From NCBI GenBank assembly GCA_013112715.1, contig JABFGB010000024.1, forward strand, positions 16,896 to 80,895: a stretch of DNA of 64,000 nt, written 5' to 3'. Positions 58,180 through 64,000 of the stretch are shown here, in pieces. The notes beneath the pieces were generated by a model. It did not search any database and was not told where the DNA came from. It saw only the letters and a list, made by a program, of their open reading frames with translations. The stretch's first letter is position 1. Each line of letters opens with the position of its first letter. A program made the position numbers and the translations under genes. The DNA is from Chloroflexota bacterium (GTDB lineage Bacteria > Chloroflexota > Anaerolineae > Aggregatilineales > J027).

Positions 58180-59019
58180 ATGAAGCGTATAGGAATCATC
58201 GGCTGGCCTGTTGAACACAGCCTATCGCCTGTCATGCACAACGCGGCGTTTGCGGCGCTTGGCCTATCCGATTGGCATTATGAGCGACTGCCCACACCTA
58301 AAGAAGACCTAGCGACCCGCATCGAAAATTTGATAAAAGAGGGCTTTGTCGGCGCGAATGTCACTGTTCCGCACAAACAAGCCGTGATGCCTTTGCTTAA
58401 TAACATCACATTGGCGGCACGAGGGATTGGCGCGGTCAACACAATTGTGATTGAGGAGGGTCGCACTGAGGGCTATAATACCGACAGCCCCGGCTTTATG
58501 CTCGATCTTGCCGCGCAGGGAGTTGAGGTGGCGGGCAAACGGGCACTCGTGTTGGGGGCAGGGGGTTCGGCTCATGCGGTGGTGTTAGGACTCGCCAATG
58601 GTGGGGCGCATGTCATGGTGGTCGCTCGGCGCGACAATGCAGCATGGGAATTGCGCAATGCTGTGCGGCGAGGGGTCTCAAAACAGCTTGAAATTGAGGT
58701 ACAGCCCCTATCGGCTCTCGCTAAAGTCGCGCCTACTGTTGATCTAATCGTCAATACGACCCCCGTCGGCATGTGGCCCAACGTGGAAGAGTCACCGTGG
58801 CCCGACCAAGTGCCAATTCCAAGCGGGGTGGTCATTTATGATCTAATTTATCGCCCCATGCAAACCAAGTTTATGCAGCAGGCCGAAGCCGCTGGCGCAC
58901 GGGCAATTGGCGGCTTGGGGATGCTGGTCTATCAAGGTGCAGCCGCTTTTGAATTATGGACGAGCCAACAAGCCCCGGCGGATGTCATGCGAGCGGCGGC
59001 CCTCGAAGCACTGAAATAG
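58180..59019 (+). CDS. aroE: Shikimate dehydrogenase
   Basis: IGWPVEHSLSPVMHNAAF, GANVTVPHKQ, GAVNTI, GYNTD, VLGAGGSAHAV, NTTPVGM. ATG at 58180. Confidence 0.92.
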   Translation: MKRIGIIGWPVEHSLSPVMHNAAFAALGLSDWHYERLPTPKEDLATRIENLIKEGFVGANVTVPHKQAVMPLLNNITLAARGIGAVNTIVIEEGRTEGYNTDSPGFMLDLAAQGVEVAGKRALVLGAGGSAHAVVLGLANGGAHVMVVARRDNAAWELRNAVRRGVSKQLEIEVQPLSALAKVAPTVDLIVNTTPVGMWPNVEESPWPDQVPIPSGVVIYDLIYRPMQTKFMQQAEAAGARAIGGLGMLVYQGAAAFELWTSQQAPADVMRAAALEALK

Positions 59020-59083
59020 TGCGAATACACAGCTTCAGGTATCATTAGGAAGGTATGGACTAGAGTGCGATTAAGGAGCATGT

Positions 59084-59821
59084 ATGGCCCGTATCACCCG
59101 TGATGATGTCATTGCAATTTTGAAACGTGACCGTGATCTCACTGGCCTCAACCTCTCGATGCTCAAACTGAATGGGCTAGATATGACTGAGGCCAATTTA
59201 ACTGAAGCGAACTTATTCTATTGTGACTTATCCAACACCAATCTCACGGGTGCGATTATGCAAAACGCCAATTTAATGAACGCCCGTTTGCCCGAAGCCA
59301 AGATGGATTATGCCTATCTTGCGGGAGCCAAGCTCAACCATGCCCGTCTCTATCGTACCTCATTGGTTCAGGCGATTTTTCAGGTGGCGGTGTTGGATTA
59401 TTGCAATCTTACCCATGCCCGTTTGACCGGGGCGGATTTCACCCGCGCCCGCATGGATAGCTGTTATTTGATTGGGGTGGATTTGTCAGGGGGGTGTCTG
59501 CGGGAGGCTTCATTGGTGTCCGCCAACCTCACCGACTCAATATTGGCACAGGTAGATGGTGAGGCCGTGAATCTTCAGGGCGCTAACCTGACCAAAGCAC
59601 GTTGTGAGCGCAGCTATTTTGTCGGGGCGATTTTGGCGGATGCGAACCTAACGAATACGAATTTTGTGGAGGCTGATTTGTCGGCGGCGACGCTTTCACG
59701 GGCAACGATTGAGGAGACAGATTTCAGTTATGCCAACCTTAGTATTGCCCGCTTTACCGACGCCAAACTCCGCAGTCCTAACTTTACTGGCGCAACGATG
59801 GATGGTGTAGAAGGTTTATGA
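59084..59821 (+). CDS. Pentapeptide-repeat protein (245 aa)
   Basis: Continuous A(D/N)LXX-type repeats (EANLTEANLFYCDLSNTNLTGAIMQNANLMNARL...GANLTKARCERSYFVGAILADANLTNTNFVEADLSAATLS). The stop overlaps the aroC start (ATGA at 59818). Confidence 0.85.
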   Translation: MARITRDDVIAILKRDRDLTGLNLSMLKLNGLDMTEANLTEANLFYCDLSNTNLTGAIMQNANLMNARLPEAKMDYAYLAGAKLNHARLYRTSLVQAIFQVAVLDYCNLTHARLTGADFTRARMDSCYLIGVDLSGGCLREASLVSANLTDSILAQVDGEAVNLQGANLTKARCERSYFVGAILADANLTNTNFVEADLSAATLSRATIEETDFSYANLSIARFTDAKLRSPNFTGATMDGVEGL

Positions 59822-60993
59822 TTCGATTTTTGACAGCGGGGGAAAGTCATGGCCCGCTTTTAACCGGAATTTTGGAGGGGATGCCCGCTGGATTGTCCCT
59901 TACACAAGAACAACTCAATCTCGATCTCGCCCGTCGCCAGCAGGGATATGGCAGCGGCGGCAGAATGCAAATCGAGCGCGACGAGGTACGCATCACAGGC
60001 GGGGTGATGGCGGGCAAAACGACAGGTGGCCCGATTAGCCTGATTATCGAAAACCGCGATTGGAAAAATTGGGCGGAAAAAGACATCCCCCCCATGACCA
60101 CGCCCCGTCCGGGTCACGCCGACCTGACAGGCACACTCAAATATGGCTATGATGATTTACGCATTGCGCTGGAACGTTCTAGTGCGCGGGAGACCGCCGT
60201 GCGAGTGGCGGTTGGGGCGATTTGCAAACGCCTCTTGGGTGAATTTGGCATCATAATTGGCGGCTATGTCACCGAGATTGGCGGGGTGGTTGCGGATTTA
60301 CCCGAACCACCGGATTATCCTGCCCGTTTTGCCGCCGCCGAGGAATCTGATGTGCGCTGCCCTGACCCGGTTGCTTCGGAAGGGATTCGGGAAGCCATCC
60401 GTCAATGCAAAATTGATAAGGATACGCTCGGCGGGGTGATTGAAGTGGTCGCCCTGCATCTGCCCCCCGGCTTAGGCTCGCATGTCCATTATGATCGCCG
60501 CCTCAGTGGTCGTTTGGTCGGCGCGGTGTGCAGTGTGCAGAGCATTAAAGGGGCGGAAATCGGCACGGCCTTCGCCAATACCCGCAAACCGGGTACACAA
60601 GTCCACGACCAAATCCTATTGGGTGAAAACGGCAAGCTGACCCGTCAAACCAATCGCTCCGGCGGGCTGGAAGGCGGCATGACCACAGGGGAACCCTTGA
60701 TTGTCCGCGCCGCCATGAAGCCGATTAGCACGACCCTGACCCCACTGGCCTCGGTTAATTTGGCGACGGGTGAACCTGAAGGTACAACCTATGAACGCAG
60801 CGATTTTTGTGCCACACCGCGTGCCGTCCCTGTCATTGAGGCGATGGTAGCGATTGTGCTGGCGGATGCCCTGCTGGAAAAACTGGGAGGCGATTCGCTG
60901 GCGGAAATGCGTCCTCGTTATGATGCGCTCAAGCGCGGTGAATTGAGTGATTTTGCGATGCACAACACGACTTGGCGGTTTGGTTATGTCTGA
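59818..60993 (+). CDS. aroC: Chorismate synthase
   Basis: FLTAGESHGP, GYGSGGRMQIE, RPGHADL, ERSSARETA, SIKGAEIG, NRSGGLEGGMTTGEP. Confidence 0.93.
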   Translation: MIRFLTAGESHGPLLTGILEGMPAGLSLTQEQLNLDLARRQQGYGSGGRMQIERDEVRITGGVMAGKTTGGPISLIIENRDWKNWAEKDIPPMTTPRPGHADLTGTLKYGYDDLRIALERSSARETAVRVAVGAICKRLLGEFGIIIGGYVTEIGGVVADLPEPPDYPARFAAAEESDVRCPDPVASEGIREAIRQCKIDKDTLGGVIEVVALHLPPGLGSHVHYDRRLSGRLVGAVCSVQSIKGAEIGTAFANTRKPGTQVHDQILLGENGKLTRQTNRSGGLEGGMTTGEPLIVRAAMKPISTTLTPLASVNLATGEPEGTTYERSDFCATPRAVPVIEAMVAIVLADALLEKLGGDSLAEMRPRYDALKRGELSDFAMHNTTWRFGYV

Positions 60994-62572
60994 TACCCCA
61001 CAACGTAAACTTGTTCTGACTGGCTTCATGGGCACAGGCAAAACCACCCTCGGACGGCTCGTCGCGGAAAAAGTCGGCGTGCCGTTTGTTGACCTTGATG
61101 ATGTGATTGTGCAAAAAGTCGGTCTGAGCATCCCCGAAATTTTTGAAAAATACGGTGAGGCAGGCTTCCGTGTATGGGAATCCGCTGTTTGTGCCGAAGT
61201 CGCCGCCGACCCGCGTGTGATGGTCGTGGCGACGGGTGGGGGGGCATTGTTGAATCCTGTTAATCGTCAGATGTTTGCCCACAGCACAATCATCTGCCTT
61301 ATCTCTCCTTCTGAGAAAGTCTATGAACGACTTAAAGACCAAAATAATCGCCCCTTGTTATCGGGTGAAAATCCCCTAGAGCGCATTGCTGAACTTCTTG
61401 TACAACGTGGGGCGATATATGAAAGTTTTCGGCTAAAAGTCCTGAACGATACCGATATTGAAGCTGCGGCACAGAATGTTTTTGATAGTTGGCGTGAAGA
61501 TCATATTTGGCGGCAAGGAGAACTGCTTGTTCGCTCCCCGGAAAGCTATTATCCGGTGATGATTAATAGTCGCTCATTGGCAGATACAGGCGTGTTTTTA
61601 AATCGCTTCCTCGATTTTTTTGAGGGTTATCGTCACATAGTTGTGACCGATACCAATATCGCCTCATTATATGGGGAAAATCTAACTACGGAACTTTTGG
61701 ATTTAACTGACACTGCTCAATTAGTGGTCATTCCCGCGGGTGAAGAACGCAAGAATCTCGATACCGTCAAATTTCTTTACGATGAATTTGCCCGACTCGG
61801 CCTAGACCGAACAGGCGTCGTGATTGCGCTTGGGGGCGGGGTGGTGGGGGATACCGTCGGTTTTGCGGCGGCGACCTACATGCGCGGCGTCAAATTCGTG
61901 CAAATCCCAACGACCCTGTTGGCGATGGTGGATTCCTCGGTGGGTGGCAAGGTCGGGGTGGATATTCCACAGGGCAAGAATTTGGTTGGGGCATTTAAAC
62001 AACCGGATTTGGTGATTATTGACCCCGAAGTCCTTAAAACGCTCCCCCCCGAAGAAATGAGCGCGGGCATGGCGGAGGTGATTAAACATGGCCTTATAGC
62101 GAACCCCGCTCTGTTGGATGAGGATATGCCGCTGGTCGAAAAAATCCAAGCCGCCGTGCAGGTCAAAATTGATATTGTCCAGCGTGACCCCTATGAACAG
62201 GGCGAACGCGCCCATTTAAATTTGGGTCACACCTTTGCCCATGCTATTGAGCAGGTCAGCGGTTATACGTGGCGGCATGGCTTCGCGGTAGGGGTAGGAT
62301 TGGTTGGTGCGGTGCTGCTGTCGCAAAAATTGGGTTATCTCGATGGGGATGATGTCGGCTTCATTGAACATAAAATCAAATCGGCGGGTCTGCCCATTCG
62401 CTATCAGGGATTATCACCGGAGGCCCTGTGGGAAGCCATGAAATTGGACAAAAAATGGCGGGGTGGTCGTTCACATTTTGTTATTTTGAAAGGCATTGGC
62501 AATCCGGCAGTGGTGTCGGATGTGCCACGTGAAACCGTACTCGAAATCTTGGAGATGCTGCGTGATGGCTAA
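60986..62572 (+). CDS. Bifunctional shikimate kinase / 3-dehydroquinate synthase (AroK-AroB fusion)
   Basis: The N-terminal part is shikimate kinase ([31 protein letters not shown]...ATGGGA). The C-terminal part is DHQ synthase ([65 protein letters not shown]). ATG at 60986 overlaps the aroC end by 8 nt. Confidence 0.9.
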   Translation: MSDTPQRKLVLTGFMGTGKTTLGRLVAEKVGVPFVDLDDVIVQKVGLSIPEIFEKYGEAGFRVWESAVCAEVAADPRVMVVATGGGALLNPVNRQMFAHSTIICLISPSEKVYERLKDQNNRPLLSGENPLERIAELLVQRGAIYESFRLKVLNDTDIEAAAQNVFDSWREDHIWRQGELLVRSPESYYPVMINSRSLADTGVFLNRFLDFFEGYRHIVVTDTNIASLYGENLTTELLDLTDTAQLVVIPAGEERKNLDTVKFLYDEFARLGLDRTGVVIALGGGVVGDTVGFAAATYMRGVKFVQIPTTLLAMVDSSVGGKVGVDIPQGKNLVGAFKQPDLVIIDPEVLKTLPPEEMSAGMAEVIKHGLIANPALLDEDMPLVEKIQAAVQVKIDIVQRDPYEQGERAHLNLGHTFAHAIEQVSGYTWRHGFAVGVGLVGAVLLSQKLGYLDGDDVGFIEHKIKSAGLPIRYQGLSPEALWEAMKLDKKWRGGRSHFVILKGIGNPAVVSDVPRETVLEILEMLRDG

Positions 62573-63020
62573 TATTCAACCGATGACGTTTTTGGTGCTG
62601 CACGGCCCCAATCTCAATTTATTGGGCACACGCGAACCAGAGGTGTATGGCAACATCACGCTGGATCATATCAATGCCGCCCTGCATGATGCGGCTGCCC
62701 CTCATGCCATTTCGCTGCAAATCCATCAGTCCAATCACGAGGGCCAGTTGATTGATTGGATTCAAGATGCACGGGGGTGGGCAGCGGGTCTGATTATCAA
62801 CCCCGGCGGGTATACCCACACCTCCGTTGCCCTACGTGATGCCATTTCTGGGGTGGGTTTGCCGACTGTTGAATGCCATTTGTCCAATATCCATGCGCGT
62901 GAACCGTTCCGCCATACCTCGTTGATTGCCCCGGTCTGCATCGGACAGATTTGCGGCTTTGGCTGGCGCAGTTATCTGCTTGCCCTCGAAGCCCTCCGCG
63001 CCCATCTCCAAGACCATTGA
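62565..63020 (+). CDS. aroQ: Type II 3-dehydroquinate dehydratase
   Basis: [69 protein letters not shown] at 62565 overlaps the previous gene by 8 nt. Confidence 0.93.
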   Translation: MANIQPMTFLVLHGPNLNLLGTREPEVYGNITLDHINAALHDAAAPHAISLQIHQSNHEGQLIDWIQDARGWAAGLIINPGGYTHTSVALRDAISGVGLPTVECHLSNIHAREPFRHTSLIAPVCIGQICGFGWRSYLLALEALRAHLQDH

Positions 63021-63028
63021 ATTTGTAG

Positions 63029-63056
63029 GGGCGATGGCTCAGACTCGCCCTATTTT
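63029..63056 (+). terminator. Candidate terminator after aroQ
   Basis: GGGCGA (63029..63034) pairs with TCGCCC (63045..63050), followed by TATTTT. Confidence 0.5.
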
Positions 63057-63212
63057 AAACGAATCCCTTGCTGATTGTCTGTGTTTTCTGACAGCCATCA
63101 ACAGGTGAAACGTGGGTTGAATCGGAATTTTTTCTGGTAAAATAGCAAGCCACATTACAGTCATCATCAAGGTTTTGGATCGTTAGTAGGTTGTTTTTGG
63201 AGATAATGGGCT

Positions 63213-64000
63213 ATGCAAATTCGCCGGGATCGTTCCGCGCTTCATTTTGGCCGACGCGCCCGCCGCCGAGGGCCTAGCTGGTTTTTCGGATTTTGGTTTT
63301 TTTCGATGGCCGCCGCCGTATTGGTGATGTGGCAGATGGATCGTGTCCAACCGGAAGTTTTGGCAGTGGTGATGGGGCCACCCACGCCAACTACCGATGC
63401 TGTCACCCTTGCCCAACTCGCTGAAGAAGCCTATTGGCAAGGCGATCTGGATAACAGCATCCTCTATTATTCTCAAGCCTATGAACTGACACCCAACGAT
63501 ATGGGCATTATGTTTGAATACGTGCGGAATCTCGTCTATGGCAGTTATGATGGACGTGGTTTTGTTTTTCGTGCGGAACGTGCCCTCGAAGTTGCCGAAG
63601 AAGCAGTGGGCAATTACCCCAATGACCCACGTGCGCTGGCGGCCTATACATTGGCACTGGTCGCGCGGGATCGGGGTGAAGAAGCCGCCGCCGCCGGGAT
63701 TAAAGCTGTTGACCGTGCGCCGGATTGGGCCGAAGCACGTGCCTATCTTTCGATGGCCTATCGGGAACAAGAGCGCTGGTTAAATGCCCAAGAAACCGGA
63801 CAAAAAGCCGTTGATCTAAACCCAAACAGCGTAGACGCCCGCCGTGCATTGGCATTGGCAATGGCCTTTACCGGGCAATTTGATATTGCTATCGGACAAT
63901 TTGAGCAGGCCATCCAAGCCCACCCGCGTCTCAACGTGCTCTATTTTGAATTAGCGCCCTATTACATTGTCAAAGGCAATTTCGATGCCGCCATCCAAGC
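63213..64000 (+). CDS. TPR repeat protein with N-terminal TM segment (partial, runs off the right edge)
   Basis: My own translation from ATG 63213 begins MQIRRDRSALHFGRRARRRGPSWFFGFWFFSMAAAVLVMW. TPR-like units follow (AEEAYWQGDLDNSILYYSQAYELTPND, AEARAYLSMAYREQERWLNAQETGQKAVDLNPNS). The listed minus-strand ORF 63183..63770 is antisense to this. Confidence 0.7.
   Translation, partial: MQIRRDRSALHFGRRARRRGPSWFFGFWFFSMAAAVLVMWQMDRVQPEVLAVVMGPPTPTTDAVTLAQLAEEAYWQGDLDNSILYYSQAYELTPNDMGIMFEYVRNLVYGSYDGRGFVFRAERALEVAEEAVGNYPNDPRALAAYTLALVARDRGEEAAAAGIKAVDRAPDWAEARAYLSMAYREQERWLNAQETGQKAVDLNPNSVDARRALALAMAFTGQFDIAIGQFEQAIQAHPRLNVLYFELAPYYIVKGNFDAAIQ

Noticed and set aside
63183-63770. Minus-strand 195-aa ORF.
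   Set aside because: It is antisense to a plus-strand TPR protein that runs off the right edge and has clear TPR-like repeats and an N-terminal TM segment.
1-64000. Search for CRISPR arrays, rRNA or tRNA genes, transposases, integrases, reverse transcriptases and long direct or inverted repeats.
   Set aside because: I recognised none by eye. Every long ORF was accounted for by the genes listed. A tRNAscan-SE, Infernal or repeat-finder run would be needed to exclude small RNA genes formally.

Overview
The gene content suggests a Chloroflexota-like bacterial chromosome, though this is an inference. It combines an archaeal-type ProRS, class I FbaB aldolase, class II HMG-CoA reductase and archaeal-type HMG-CoA synthase with MinCDE/RodA and T-box control. 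Most of the window is core metabolism and housekeeping.

Gene order, left to right:
- a membrane multi-GAF/PAS sensor that runs off the left edge
- fabL, two-component proteins and a GT4 glycosyltransferase
- rsgA
- a tandem-NYN protein followed by an AT-rich secreted ORF
- proS
- a mevalonate-pathway cluster interrupted by a helical-repeat ORF
- minC-minD-minE-rodA
- a sugar ABC transporter
- a sensor kinase, response regulator and TolB-like cluster
- a glycolytic cluster: fbaB, a PPi-type PFK and a eukaryotic-type duplicated ATP-PFK
- a small AT-rich islet with a truncated TauE gene, a Bro-N-like gene and a C-protein-controlled type II restriction-modification system
- a large aromatic amino-acid supercluster: trpEG, aroH-aroF-tyrA-aroA, aroE, a pentapeptide-repeat gene, aroC, a fused aroK/aroB and aroQ

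Most interesting signals:
1. A 40-codon leader ORF contains the run F-Y-F-Y-Y-Y-F and sits between a promoter and a GC-rich terminator with a T5 tract. An antiterminator pairing overlaps the leader's last codons. This is a classical ribosome-mediated attenuator architecture upstream of the aro operon.
2. A tryptophan T-box (UGG specifier, UGGC acceptor-binding bulge) lies upstream of trpEG, about 2.5 kb away. Two different RNA-based sensing mechanisms therefore sit within one pathway cluster.
3. GACTTATAGTC-type C-boxes occur upstream of the controller gene and, as a single copy, upstream of the convergent methyltransferase.
4. A perfect GAAC-N4-GTTC palindrome overlaps a TATAAT box in otherwise unannotated DNA.

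I recognised no rRNA, tRNA, CRISPR array or transposase.
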